From an uncultured bacterium (GTDB lineage: Bacteria > Patescibacteriota > Minisyncoccia > Phycocordibacterales > GCA-2401445): 64,000 nt of DNA. The position numbers and the translations under genes were made by a program. The DNA is taken from positions 334,661 to 398,660 of the forward strand of contig CALFYW010000016.1 of assembly GCA_937952265.1 (NCBI GenBank), read 5' to 3'. Every line of letters starts with the position of its first letter. Position 1 is the stretch's first letter. Under the pieces are notes generated by a model, which was not told where the DNA came from, made no database searches, and saw only the letters and a list, made by a program, of their open reading frames with translations. This document shows, piece after piece, positions 47,385-57,462 of this stretch.

Positions 47385-48224
47385 ATGAAAAATATATTAA
47401 TTCTTGCGATAGTACTTTTGCTTTTGGGAAGTGTGTTGTTTTTTGGTAACCCTTCTTCTGATGAAGTAATGGAGGGTCGTGCCGAGGGAGCGGTGACCGC
47501 CGTTGATGTGACCGCTATGGCATTCGACGGCCCGGCGCTCGTTACACTTCATGATGATGCGGGAGAGGCCCAGGTGATTGCAATTCCATCGATGGGTTTG
47601 CCGTTGTGTGCGGCATTCGAGGCGATTACTCCTGTTGATCTGGTAAGTATTGGTGATCATGTTTCGGTTTTAGGATCGTATGACGAAGAGGGAAGAATTG
47701 TGCCGTGTGAAGACAGCAGTCATTTTTTGCGTGTAGAACATACGGTACGGGATAGCACTTTAGGGTATGAGTTTGTGTATCCAAAAGGTCCGGATGGCTA
47801 TATCCTTCTTGTTGATGAGGAAGCACATGGGAGTGATTTTCTTTCAGGACACCTCTTGTTCAATCGCCACGAATATGAATTATTTATGAATAGTACTGAC
47901 GCGCGCGAAGGCCCTCCTGCACTCCATGTGCGGGTATACGAAAACCCTGAGAATCTTCATGCACCGGTGTGGGCTGAGCGGAATCCAAATGAGTCAAACA
48001 TTGCGCTCGCGTTTGGTGAGCCTCAAGAGCGCGTTGTTTCTGGAGCAAACGCCATTCACTACATTGCGGATGGTTTGTATGCCACTGATACTTATATCAT
48101 TGCCCATGCCGGGTATATCTATGTATTGATGGGGTCATACCTTGATCAAGATTCAAAACAGTATCGAGATTATCAGTCGATGGTTGAATCTTTTACCTTC
48201 ATTAAAACACCCGATCAGGTGTAA
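47385..48224 (+). CDS. Signal-anchored surface protein (PsbP-like C-terminal region)
   Basis: N-terminal TM; GYEFVYP...MVESFTF. Confidence 0.7.
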   Translation: MKNILILAIVLLLLGSVLFFGNPSSDEVMEGRAEGAVTAVDVTAMAFDGPALVTLHDDAGEAQVIAIPSMGLPLCAAFEAITPVDLVSIGDHVSVLGSYDEEGRIVPCEDSSHFLRVEHTVRDSTLGYEFVYPKGPDGYILLVDEEAHGSDFLSGHLLFNRHEYELFMNSTDAREGPPALHVRVYENPENLHAPVWAERNPNESNIALAFGEPQERVVSGANAIHYIADGLYATDTYIIAHAGYIYVLMGSYLDQDSKQYRDYQSMVESFTFIKTPDQV

Positions 48225-48251
48225 GCGGATACCATAATATCTAAACGGATT

Positions 48252-49151
48252 ATGAAAAATTGTGTCATGATACTCATCGTACTCTCTTTGGGGATTGGCG
48301 GATGGTATTTTTTCTCTCAACAGAAATCTGAAACTAACGAAGCGGTGAGCCCGCTTGATGCCACGTATCGGATTGACGGTGAATCGATTACTCTTTCAGA
48401 AGGCATGGCGGAAGTGGAAGAAGCAGACAATGAGGGGGTAAGAAGCGCGGTGGCGGTCTTTGGCGAACCCGCATATGGTGATATTGATCAGGATGGTGAT
48501 ACTGATGCAGTCCTCATTCTGACCCGTGATCTTGGTGGAAGTGGAACGTTCTATTACGCCGCGCTTGCAGTGAATGTCGATGGATCGTATCGGGGTACTG
48601 ACACGATTCTCCTGGGAGATCGTATCGCGCCACAGACATTCTCGGTCCGAGGAAATCGGGCAGAGATTAATTACGCAGTACGAGTACCCACTGAGCCAAT
48701 GGTTACGGAACCTTCTATTGGAAAGACACTTCATCTCCAGTTTGATCCTGAAACACTGAACTTAATCGAGGTGGCGGTAAATTTTGAAGGTGAGGCGGAT
48801 CCAGAACGACTCACGCTGAGCATGCATCCATGGGTATGGATAAAAACAACATACAACAATGATACAGAGGTGGTACCTCATCAAGCAGGTGCGTTCACGA
48901 TGGTTTTCAAAGACGATGGATCTTTTTCAGCAACTACCGATTGTAATTCAATGGCTGGTAGTTACGAAGTGACCCAAAAACAAATTTCGTTTAAGGATAG
49001 CGCGGTAACGCTTAAATACTGCGAAGGTTCTCAAGAGCAGGAGTTTTTTGCGATGCTTGAAGAGGTTTCCTCTTTTCTCTTTACGAGTCGTGGGGAGTTG
49101 GTATTTGAACTTCCATTGGATACCGGCTCTATGATTTTTCGAGGCAAGTAA
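48252..49151 (+). CDS. META/HslJ-domain surface protein
   Basis: GDIDQDGDTD, GGSGTFYY; DCNSMAGSY...TLKYC META motif. Confidence 0.82.
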   Translation: MKNCVMILIVLSLGIGGWYFFSQQKSETNEAVSPLDATYRIDGESITLSEGMAEVEEADNEGVRSAVAVFGEPAYGDIDQDGDTDAVLILTRDLGGSGTFYYAALAVNVDGSYRGTDTILLGDRIAPQTFSVRGNRAEINYAVRVPTEPMVTEPSIGKTLHLQFDPETLNLIEVAVNFEGEADPERLTLSMHPWVWIKTTYNNDTEVVPHQAGAFTMVFKDDGSFSATTDCNSMAGSYEVTQKQISFKDSAVTLKYCEGSQEQEFFAMLEEVSSFLFTSRGELVFELPLDTGSMIFRGK

Positions 49152-49209
49152 TCCCTGAGACTGTCAACGGTTTGTGCCGGTGTTTTATTTTTGTTATGGT
49201 AGGGGGTAT

Positions 49210-50298
49210 ATGAAGGGATTTATTACGATTATTATTATCGCAGTTCTTATTTTTATTGGTTATTCTTTTATTAGCAACCCATCGGAAGAGGCTTCTCCTG
49301 AGGAGGGCGCCATGATGATGAGTCATCCAGTAACCGTGTCTCCTATTGCGCACGCAACCGCGGTGCTTACCTGGGGCGAAAGCACACTCTACGCCGATCC
49401 AGTAGGAGGGGCAGCTGCATTTAGTGGTCATGAGTCACCAGATATAGTACTTCTGACAGATATCCATCAAGACCACCTCGATGTTGCAACACTCGAAGCA
49501 ATCGTAACGGAAGAGACAATGCTTGTTGCGCCTCAAGCCGTAGCGGATGAGCTTTCTCAAGAATTACTTACCCAAACGACCGTGCTTGCTAATGGTGAGA
49601 CAGCAGAGATAGGAGGGTTTTCAATTGAAGCAGTTCCTATGTATAACCTCCCTCAAAGCGAAGATTCCTACCATATCAAAGGCCGTGGGAATGGGTATGT
49701 GATTGAAAAAGACGGAACTCGTTTGTATCTCGCGGGAGATACTTCTGGTACTCCAGAAATGCAGGCGCTTACCGATATTGCTGTTGCGCTTGTTCCTATG
49801 AATCTTCCCTATACGATGAGTGTTGAGGAGGCAGCTGAGGCAGTCTTGGCGTTTGCTCCAAAAACTGTCTACCCGTATCACTATCGTGGAACAGAAGGAT
49901 TAAGTGATGTTGCCCGATTTAAGCAGTTGGTTAATGCGGGAAATCCGGATATTGAAGTAGTGCTTCTTACCTGGTATCCAGAAGAAGAAAAAGCAGGTGG
50001 AGCAATGATGGAAGCGGGAGCCTCTGATGTGGTGGTAGAAATCTCAGGTAAGAATTTCGAATATGATGTTACTGAGATCAAGGTATCTCAGGGTGATACC
50101 GTAACCATTAACTTCACCAGCACCTCGGGATTTCATGACTGGGTAGTGGATGAGTTTGATGCCAAAACCGCGCAAGTGAACGCGGGTGGAGAGACATCAG
50201 TTACGTTTGTTGCAGACAAAGCGGGTACCTATGAATATTACTGTTCAGTAGGAAACCACCGCGCGCAAGGTATGGTAGGTACACTTATTGTCGAGTAG
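49210..50298 (+). CDS. Secreted MBL-fold hydrolase fused to a cupredoxin domain
   Basis: TDIHQDH, AGDT, YPYHY; HDW...YYCSVGNHRAQGM type-1 Cu ligands. Confidence 0.85.
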   Translation: MKGFITIIIIAVLIFIGYSFISNPSEEASPEEGAMMMSHPVTVSPIAHATAVLTWGESTLYADPVGGAAAFSGHESPDIVLLTDIHQDHLDVATLEAIVTEETMLVAPQAVADELSQELLTQTTVLANGETAEIGGFSIEAVPMYNLPQSEDSYHIKGRGNGYVIEKDGTRLYLAGDTSGTPEMQALTDIAVALVPMNLPYTMSVEEAAEAVLAFAPKTVYPYHYRGTEGLSDVARFKQLVNAGNPDIEVVLLTWYPEEEKAGGAMMEAGASDVVVEISGKNFEYDVTEIKVSQGDTVTINFTSTSGFHDWVVDEFDAKTAQVNAGGETSVTFVADKAGTYEYYCSVGNHRAQGMVGTLIVE

Positions 50299-50321
50299 CA
50301 CGATATCTTTAAGAAGCGAAT

Positions 50322-50666
50322 ATGAAATTCGAACATGAGCAAATACAGTATGTTGAATTCCTATCTCGTGATTTGTCGATCATTAAGAAATTTTATACGG
50401 ACGCATTTGGATGGAAGTTCACGGATTGGGGAGACGCCTATACTTCATTTGAAGGGGTGTATGTTCACGGTGGCTTTACCGTCGGTGAACCGGTAGCTGG
50501 AAGCGTGCTCGTCATCCTTTATTCTGAGCGGCTCGAAGAAACGAAAGAAAAAATAATCAAAGCGGGCGGGAAGGTGGTGAAGGATATCTTTTCTTTTCCA
50601 GGAGGAAGACGTTTTCATTTCGCTGATCCTGATGGTAATGAACTTGCGGTTTGGTCGGATAAATAG
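50322..50666 (+). CDS. VOC/glyoxalase family protein
   Basis: YVEF, FYTDAFGW, FPGGRRFHFADPDGNEL. Confidence 0.92.
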   Translation: MKFEHEQIQYVEFLSRDLSIIKKFYTDAFGWKFTDWGDAYTSFEGVYVHGGFTVGEPVAGSVLVILYSERLEETKEKIIKAGGKVVKDIFSFPGGRRFHFADPDGNELAVWSDK

Positions 50667-50675
50667 GTCAATAGC

Positions 50676-50783
50676 ATACTCGAGATTTAGGATACCGGCT
50701 TATCCCCAATTCTCCTTCAAGCGTATGGCCCCTGAGCTGGAGGGCTTTATCGGTACATCATGTGCAATCCTAAATGGGAGTAT
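50676..50783. ncRNA. Candidate rod-like structured RNA
   Basis: Nested complementary arms ATACTC/GAGTAT, ATTTAGGAT/ATCCTAAAT, TACCG/CGGTA, CTCC/GGAG. Confidence 0.4.
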
Positions 50784-50945
50784 ACATCTATCTTGAAACA
50801 CGCGTAGCGTAGATAGGAGGTCATAAAACATACAGAGCGCCTGACCAGCGCTTTTTCTTTACAAAAATCTTTTAATATGGTATATTATGTTTAGTACATA
50901 TCGTACGGAAATCTGAGACTAACCTATTAACCATAAAGGAGTCCT

Positions 50946-52040
50946 TTGAAACCAACAATAAAATTCTATGAATCAGCGGAAAAAAGATTAACCCTTGAGG
51001 TCATCTCATCACTACAAAATTTGAATGGTGATGCGGTTCAACCGTTATGGGATCTTCTTGAAAAAACTTCTCTAACCGGAGATTTCAAACTATTTGTTAA
51101 CAGGAAAATTCCTGGTTCTCATCTGGATCATTCCGCAGCAGTGAAAGTGAGCGGTTTAACTCAACTCTTAAATTATGTTGCGGTAAAGTTTCAATGTTCG
51201 CCAGAATATTGCTATGACGGGACACTTTCTTGCCGGCATGATGGAAATGGGGAAGAATCCCGCCTTCCACCGTCACAAATTAATCAGGAACTTCAGTCTG
51301 TTGCTGGTAGAAGCTGGTATAATCCAAATGAATCAATATCTGAAAGAAGGGCCCATGTAGTGTCATCTCAACAACAACCCCTCGTCTCTCTTGGGGATGC
51401 GTTAGGTAAGAGCATCGACCCTCGTACGGAGCCCTCTTCGGATACACCGCCTGATGCTGAGAAAAGAGAAGACATGCTTTCTCTTGATCAACAATCAGTA
51501 ATCCGAATATTTAAGGATATTTCGGAAAAATTAAGATCAAGATATGCTGACTCAGCTGATGTTTCCGACGCGATACTTATGTGTGCATACGGGACCAAAG
51601 AAGGGATCGACAGGAGAAAGTGCGGGCCAATCATTAGAGCCTGGATTAGGAAGGGGTTGCTTATCTGTACCGAGAAGAAAGGTAGCAAGAGAATATATCG
51701 CATTATTGATGGTGCAATACAAACTTTTGGCCTTGACATTCCAAATGTCCAGCTCGCATTGGAGCGAGATACCAAGGAAAAGAAAACACCACCAAGGAAA
51801 GACGTTATTTCATTAGGTGGGACCCTGGTCTCAATCCAAGAAAAAGCAGTAAAACTCTTGGACGCCGAAGAAACAGCACGCACGCTTGATCTTGAGCGAT
51901 TAACACTTGAAGATAGACTCAAGACTATACAGAATCAACGTGATCAACTCAAATCAATACTTGAAGATGATGATCTTCGTCGCGCAAAGGATGTTTGGTT
52001 AAATATATCAGATTACATTAAACAAACAGAAGAAAGGTGA
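50946..52040 (+). CDS. Hypothetical protein (possible winged helix plus C-terminal coiled coil)
   Basis: 364-aa ORF, SD AAAGGAG before TTG, own promoter and terminator. Confidence 0.7.
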   Translation: MKPTIKFYESAEKRLTLEVISSLQNLNGDAVQPLWDLLEKTSLTGDFKLFVNRKIPGSHLDHSAAVKVSGLTQLLNYVAVKFQCSPEYCYDGTLSCRHDGNGEESRLPPSQINQELQSVAGRSWYNPNESISERRAHVVSSQQQPLVSLGDALGKSIDPRTEPSSDTPPDAEKREDMLSLDQQSVIRIFKDISEKLRSRYADSADVSDAILMCAYGTKEGIDRRKCGPIIRAWIRKGLLICTEKKGSKRIYRIIDGAIQTFGLDIPNVQLALERDTKEKKTPPRKDVISLGGTLVSIQEKAVKLLDAEETARTLDLERLTLEDRLKTIQNQRDQLKSILEDDDLRRAKDVWLNISDYIKQTEER

Positions 52041-52060
52041 GAGTCTTTCTCACATCCAAC

Positions 52061-52086
52061 AAAAGCAAGGGAAACCTTGCTTTTTT
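52061..52086 (+). terminator. Intrinsic terminator
   Basis: AAAAGCAAGG-GAAA-CCTTGCTTTTTT. Confidence 0.8.
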
Positions 52087-52126
52087 ATTTAACTCGAAGC
52101 GCTAGATGACATGGTATACTTTTTTT

Positions 52127-52762
52127 ATGTCAGTTAAGACAATTCTGGTGATCATTGGAGTGTTACTCGGGGCATTTCTGATATGGAATATTTTGGATCG
52201 TGATACTGGTGTCATTACCAATTATCCGCCTGCGCGAGACGTTGTTGTTTCCTTTGGTGATAGTCTGGTTGAAGGAGTTGGTGCGACTTCAGGCAACGAT
52301 TTCTCCTCAATTCTTGAGGATCGTCTGGGTGTCCCTATTATCAATCGTGGTATTCGCGGAAACACGACTGCTGATGGCCTTGCTCGTATTGATGACGTGC
52401 TCCGAAGAGATACTCCGGGCGTGGTCATTCTTCTTTTAGGAGGGAATGATGCAATAAGGCGAGTTTCCGTTGAAGAGACGTTTAAAAATTTAAGTACGAT
52501 TATTGAAAAAATCCACGCACGCGGCGCGGTAACCCTTTTGGTTGGTGTGCAAGGAGGTATTTTAGGAGATAAGTACAAAGGTGAGTTTAGGGATTTGAGA
52601 AAGCGTTATCAGACCGCGTTTGTGCCGGATATCCTTGATGGTTTAATTGGTACACCAGGCTTAATGTATGATGGAGTTCATCCAAACGATGAGGGCTATC
52701 GCGTCATCGCAGATCGGCTTGAGCCAGTATTGCGAGAACTACTTTTAGAAAGTCGGGAATAG
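52127..52762 (+). CDS. SGNH/GDSL esterase
   Basis: FGDSL, GNTT, LGGND, DGVHPN. Confidence 0.92.
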   Translation: MSVKTILVIIGVLLGAFLIWNILDRDTGVITNYPPARDVVVSFGDSLVEGVGATSGNDFSSILEDRLGVPIINRGIRGNTTADGLARIDDVLRRDTPGVVILLLGGNDAIRRVSVEETFKNLSTIIEKIHARGAVTLLVGVQGGILGDKYKGEFRDLRKRYQTAFVPDILDGLIGTPGLMYDGVHPNDEGYRVIADRLEPVLRELLLESRE

Positions 52763-52763
52763 A

Positions 52764-53633
52764 TTAAGATACATTAATGAGCGCACCGACCACTTTTTCA
52801 AGTGTGGATTCAGGTATTCCGTCAGGAGTGTTTGTTTGCGTATTGAGGTCAATAGGCTGATTAAGGTAATCGACAATCAGGAGCTCATCCTCTCCTGAGG
52901 GGATAGTGGTTTCAAAAGAGAATAGGTCGATTTTTCCAATATCAAAAATCTTTTGCGCGTACGAAGAAAGTGTGCGCGCGATCCCCTCTTCTTCGGTGGT
53001 ACCTTCGAAAGCTCGATATACGTGATTGAGCGGATTCCACCAATGGTGGATAATGGCGCCGTTTGCAAAGATGCTTCGAAACCATGCGGGAGCATGATTA
53101 ATTATTTTTGGAGTAATAAATGGTTCGATTAACGCTCCATCGAAATAATTGTTTGCAATGAAATTTTCGATATCCGCATTGTTCCGTGCTCCAATTTCAA
53201 CGCTCTCCGCATCCGCGCTATGTGCTGACTTAATAACGAATGGTGGTTTGATAGACGGCGGTTTCTCAAATGGTCCATGGGCGGTGATAGTATGCGCCTC
53301 GATTAATGGAAGCTCTTTTTTGCTGAAGAGGTCTCGAAGTATGATTTTGTTTCCTACTTTTGCCGCGTGATAAGGGTCGTTTATAATTCGAGTTCCATTT
53401 TTCTTAAGCATTTCAAGGAGGGTAAGGTATGGAGGATAATCAATTGACCCTCGATCAATACTATATTGGGCAGAAAGTTTATTTGCTTCAATACGAGAGA
53501 GGCTTTCCTCAAAATTAGAGAAGGTGATTTCATAGAGAGATATATTTTTCTCTCTGCTCTTTTCTCGAAGCATTCGTGCGAATGGCTCATCTACATAACT
53601 TGTCCATGCAAGTATGAAATCATAGCTCTCCAT
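52764..53633 (-). CDS. ATP-grasp-fold-like protein
   Basis: IINDP...NK, PFVIKS, LIEPFI. Confidence 0.6.
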   Translation of the reverse strand: MESYDFILAWTSYVDEPFARMLREKSREKNISLYEITFSNFEESLSRIEANKLSAQYSIDRGSIDYPPYLTLLEMLKKNGTRIINDPYHAAKVGNKIILRDLFSKKELPLIEAHTITAHGPFEKPPSIKPPFVIKSAHSADAESVEIGARNNADIENFIANNYFDGALIEPFITPKIINHAPAWFRSIFANGAIIHHWWNPLNHVYRAFEGTTEEEGIARTLSSYAQKIFDIGKIDLFSFETTIPSGEDELLIVDYLNQPIDLNTQTNTPDGIPESTLEKVVGALINVS

Positions 53634-53701
53634 GGTTATTAGTATACCCTATTTATGCTGTTTGATTCATGTGTCAATATCAGTACAATATGGTGGAGTA
53701 T

Positions 53702-54436
53702 ATGAAGAATATTATTCTGGTAGTTGTTTTGGTTGGACTCGCTTCAATAGTATTACTCTGGAGAGAAGCGGATGATACGGGGAAGATGTCCGAGTTATTC
53801 GGAAGCTATTTTGGTGACGAACTTATGCTACAAGGGATTGAGGATATTGGGCATCCAATCGAAGGTTTTGATGCGGATTTACTCATGATTGCTTTCCCGG
53901 GATTGCTTCCCGTTGATTTTCATGGTGTGAGCGCATTTGAAGGGAAATACCAATTTAAAGATGGGGAACTCTCTTTTATACGTAATAGTTCAAATCCTAT
54001 TTCTTCTGCGGAGCGCACCGTATCTTCCGAGGGGTATCAAGTGCTTCTTGAGAATGTAGGCAATCGGCTGAACCGCGTGATTCAAAATGAATACGATGTT
54101 CGTATGTTAATTGACGCAGTGAATATTGCCGAGCGTGTTGAGGCCAGGATCGGAATTTCTGGAGAGGCGTTAGGGGTCTCCATTACACCATTGTCGGTGC
54201 TTGAGGATAGCCGGTGTCCGATTGACGCTCTCTGTGTTCAAGCGGGAACCGTTCGACTTAACGTACGTATTGAAAATAGTCGTGGTGCCGATGAGATGGA
54301 AATTCAACTACGCGGAGAAGGAGTAAATACTGAAGCAGAGAAAATCACACTCTTACAGGTACAGCCTGATCCGGCAACTGACCGCGTACTTGAGGATTCA
54401 GATTACCTCTTCGTATTTGAGATACGAAAGCGTTAA
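53702..54436 (+). CDS. Signal-anchored hypothetical protein
   Basis: N-terminal TM; EDSRCPIDALCVQAG motif. Confidence 0.7.
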   Translation: MKNIILVVVLVGLASIVLLWREADDTGKMSELFGSYFGDELMLQGIEDIGHPIEGFDADLLMIAFPGLLPVDFHGVSAFEGKYQFKDGELSFIRNSSNPISSAERTVSSEGYQVLLENVGNRLNRVIQNEYDVRMLIDAVNIAERVEARIGISGEALGVSITPLSVLEDSRCPIDALCVQAGTVRLNVRIENSRGADEMEIQLRGEGVNTEAEKITLLQVQPDPATDRVLEDSDYLFVFEIRKR

Positions 54437-54438
54437 GT

Positions 54439-55230
54439 ATGATTGAGGGGATTATCATGGGCCTTATTCAAGGGATCGCGGAATGGCTCCCGATAAGTTC
54501 CGAAGGTCTTTTAGTGCTTGCCGATATTCATCTATTTGGAAGCACGAGCGTTTCAGAGAGTATTTCACTGGCCGTGTTTCTGCACCTCGGTACATTTGCT
54601 GCGGCATTGTGTTATTTTTGGAGAGATGTGGTTAGACTGGTGCGCGCCGGTATTTCCTGGAAAGATGCATCTATCGCCGAGCGAAAGCTCATACAGTTCC
54701 TTGCGATCGCAACCCTAGTCAGCGCTTTATTAGGAGGACTCTTTTTAGTTCTCATTGATACGTGGGAGAATTTTTTCCTGCTCTCAGGAAAAGTGGCAAC
54801 GTTTGGTATTGGTGGTATGCTTCTCATAACTGGTTTGATTATGTTACAGAGAAAAGCGCATATTGAACGTGAGTTGTCGAGTATGTCTGTTACGGATGCG
54901 CTATTACTTGGGGCAGCGCAGGGGAGTGCAGCAATACCAGGTATATCAAGATCGGGAATTACGGTCTCTGGATTACTCCTCCGTGGTTTTGGTGACGCGA
55001 CCGCGCTTCGAGTGAGCTTTCTTATGAGCTTGCCAATTGTGCTCCTTGGTAATATTTTCCTAAATGTTAATAACCTCTCTTTTTCAATCGAAGCGGTCTT
55101 AGGACTTGTGGTTGCTTTCGTTGCGGGACTTTCGACCATTCATGTATTGCTCACCTTTGCGCGGAAAGTCTCTTTCTCTCGTTTTGTCATTGTGTTCGCT
55201 CTTCTCCTCATTTTCTCAGTCTTTTTCTAG
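54439..55230 (+). CDS. uppP: Undecaprenyl-diphosphatase
   Basis: QGIAEWLPISS, LHLGT, PGISRSG. Confidence 0.93.
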   Translation: MIEGIIMGLIQGIAEWLPISSEGLLVLADIHLFGSTSVSESISLAVFLHLGTFAAALCYFWRDVVRLVRAGISWKDASIAERKLIQFLAIATLVSALLGGLFLVLIDTWENFFLLSGKVATFGIGGMLLITGLIMLQRKAHIERELSSMSVTDALLLGAAQGSAAIPGISRSGITVSGLLLRGFGDATALRVSFLMSLPIVLLGNIFLNVNNLSFSIEAVLGLVVAFVAGLSTIHVLLTFARKVSFSRFVIVFALLLIFSVFF

Positions 55231-55266
55231 TTGTTTTTGCGAATAGGTTTTTGTTATCATAGTTGT

Positions 55267-56265
55267 ATGCAAAGAAAGATATATCATAATGGAAATATAT
55301 TCCTCTACGGGGTGGTTGTGATCGCGCTTGTATTAGTAGGTTTGTGGTTTTTAGGGATGAGTGTTGAAGAAGAGCCGGTCAATGGAGGGAAAGATACAGA
55401 ATGGAAAACCTATCGAAGCGATGAATTTCATTTTGAAATTGATTATCCAGCCACCTGGGAGAAAGCATTCTTTCCGGATCACGCACTCGGTCCAGTGATT
55501 AATTTTTATCCAGGTGGACTTGAGGAGGATCTCCCGTTGATACATCACAGTAGTGTTCCGCAGGTTTCAATTTTCCCACACGGGATTCCTACTGAGGGTG
55601 TCTTTGGGGTGACCGCAACAAGCAGTATCGCGTTTGGCATCCCCACGCGTCTCATGCATGATTTCATAACTTCAGATGGTGATGCGTGGGCAACGTTTAT
55701 GGCTCCTCAGTATGCGCCGCCATCATGGAATGAGTCAGGATTTATTTGGGCAGAGGCACCTCCCCATAATCTCTCAATTGATTGTGTGCGTGATGGCGTA
55801 ACTATTGATGAGGAAATGTGCGATCCAATCTTCGGAGATCAGATCATCCGTCATGGATCAGTCGATGAGCCTTTGCGGGAGATACAAGTAGAGATGCTCG
55901 AAAGTTTTCGCTTTACCATTGGGAGTTCAGGTATGGTAGCAGATAGGATTTTTGTGGATTCTCCTCAGCCGGATGAGATAATTCAAAGTCCTTTGGTTAT
56001 TTCAGGTAATGCTCGAGGGATGTGGTATTTTGAAGCAACCTTTCCGGTAACCCTTGTAGATTGGGACGGACTCATTATTGCTGAAGGGTATGTAACCGCG
56101 GAAGATACATGGATGACGGAAGATCTTGTCCCATTTAAAGGGGAGTTGGTTTTTGAAACTCCTTCCTATGGGGATCGTGGCGCGCTGATCCTTCATCGAT
56201 CAAATGCATCCGGGCTTCCTGAGCACGATGCTTCGATTGAGATTCCCATCCGTTTTAAGAGATAG
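55267..56265 (+). CDS. Surface protein with a C-terminal Gmad2 Ig-like domain
   Basis: WKTY...FEIDYP; SPLVISGNARGMWYFEATFP...SNASGLPE. Confidence 0.8.
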   Translation: MQRKIYHNGNIFLYGVVVIALVLVGLWFLGMSVEEEPVNGGKDTEWKTYRSDEFHFEIDYPATWEKAFFPDHALGPVINFYPGGLEEDLPLIHHSSVPQVSIFPHGIPTEGVFGVTATSSIAFGIPTRLMHDFITSDGDAWATFMAPQYAPPSWNESGFIWAEAPPHNLSIDCVRDGVTIDEEMCDPIFGDQIIRHGSVDEPLREIQVEMLESFRFTIGSSGMVADRIFVDSPQPDEIIQSPLVISGNARGMWYFEATFPVTLVDWDGLIIAEGYVTAEDTWMTEDLVPFKGELVFETPSYGDRGALILHRSNASGLPEHDASIEIPIRFKR

Positions 56266-56298
56266 GTAAATCTTGTTTGTATAATTTCTGTCTCCAGA

Positions 56299-56898
56299 AT
56301 GCTGAATCATCTAAAGAAAAAAAGCACAAAAATTATTGCGCTCCTTGCTTTCATTTCAGTTTTTCTGGTATTTGTGGTGTGGCTTGAGCGGCTCGTGGTT
56401 CAAAGTGATTTTTTTCAGCAGATGATTTTTTCATACGGGTACTTTGGGATTTTTCTCGCGTCTATTATTAGCGGTTTCAATGTGGTATTTCCGATCCCCA
56501 TGGTTACGTTTGTGCCCATTTTTCTGGCATCGGGGTTAAGCTTTATTCCCGTGTTAGTTACTATTTCTTTGGGGATGACGCTCGGTGATTTTTTGGGTTT
56601 TGGATTAGGAGTGTTGGGAAGTAAGATCTCTCTTTCAAATGCTGAAAGAATAAAAAATCGCCTTTTATGGCTCCGTGATCGATATCGCATCGGCCCACTT
56701 GTGGGACTTTTTTGCTTTGTGGCGTTTACTCCTATTCCCAATGAGGTATTAGTGGTCCCAATGGGTTTTTTGGGATATCGCCTCCGAGTTATCGCTCCTA
56801 TTCTTGTTTTTGGAAACCTTGTTTTTAATAGTATTGCTTATTTTGGATTTTTGAACGTACTTGAAATCGTGCGGCCATTTATCACCACCTTACTCTAG
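56299..56898 (+). CDS. VTT/DedA-like membrane protein
   Basis: YGYFGIF, GMTLGD..GF..G, TPIPNE. Confidence 0.72.
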   Translation: MLNHLKKKSTKIIALLAFISVFLVFVVWLERLVVQSDFFQQMIFSYGYFGIFLASIISGFNVVFPIPMVTFVPIFLASGLSFIPVLVTISLGMTLGDFLGFGLGVLGSKISLSNAERIKNRLLWLRDRYRIGPLVGLFCFVAFTPIPNEVLVVPMGFLGYRLRVIAPILVFGNLVFNSIAYFGFLNVLEIVRPFITTLL

Positions 56899-56965
56899 AT
56901 AGAGGGTATCAGGACGCGCTATACTTACCTTATTATGTGTTTTTAATAATTCTCTATTATATTCT

Positions 56966-57406
56966 ATGACACTCCTACAACGTCTTACGCTTTTAACACT
57001 TCGTCTCTCCCTTGGCTTCTTGATGTTTTATGCTGGCATTACGAAAGTATTAAATCCTATGTGGTCAGCAGAAGGGTATCTTGCTAATGCAAAAACTTTC
57101 TCCGGATTATATCAATGGTTCAGTAACCCGGAGATTCTTCCAGTGGTGAATTTCTTAAATGAATGGGGACTCACCTTAATCGGCGTTACCTTGATGCTCG
57201 GTGTGTTTGTGCGTTTAAGTGCTTTTCTGGGCGCGCTTATGATGCTTCTCTATTATTTCCCTATTTTAGATTTTCCATTTCCAAACGCCCATGCGTACCT
57301 TATTGATGAACATATTATCTATTTCCTTGCATTTTTGGTGTTGGCATTTTTCAACGCAGGACGCGTTTGGGGAATTGAAGGGTTGCGGGGAACGCATGAC
57401 GCGTAG
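56966..57406 (+). CDS. DoxX-family membrane protein
   Basis: LRLSLG...AGITK, LGVFVRL, IDEH. Confidence 0.85.
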   Translation: MTLLQRLTLLTLRLSLGFLMFYAGITKVLNPMWSAEGYLANAKTFSGLYQWFSNPEILPVVNFLNEWGLTLIGVTLMLGVFVRLSAFLGALMMLLYYFPILDFPFPNAHAYLIDEHIIYFLAFLVLAFFNAGRVWGIEGLRGTHDA

Positions 57407-57462
57407 TTCTCCTCATTCTTTGGTCTATTTTGGTTCGACCGTATCAGTGTTAGAATAGTGCC

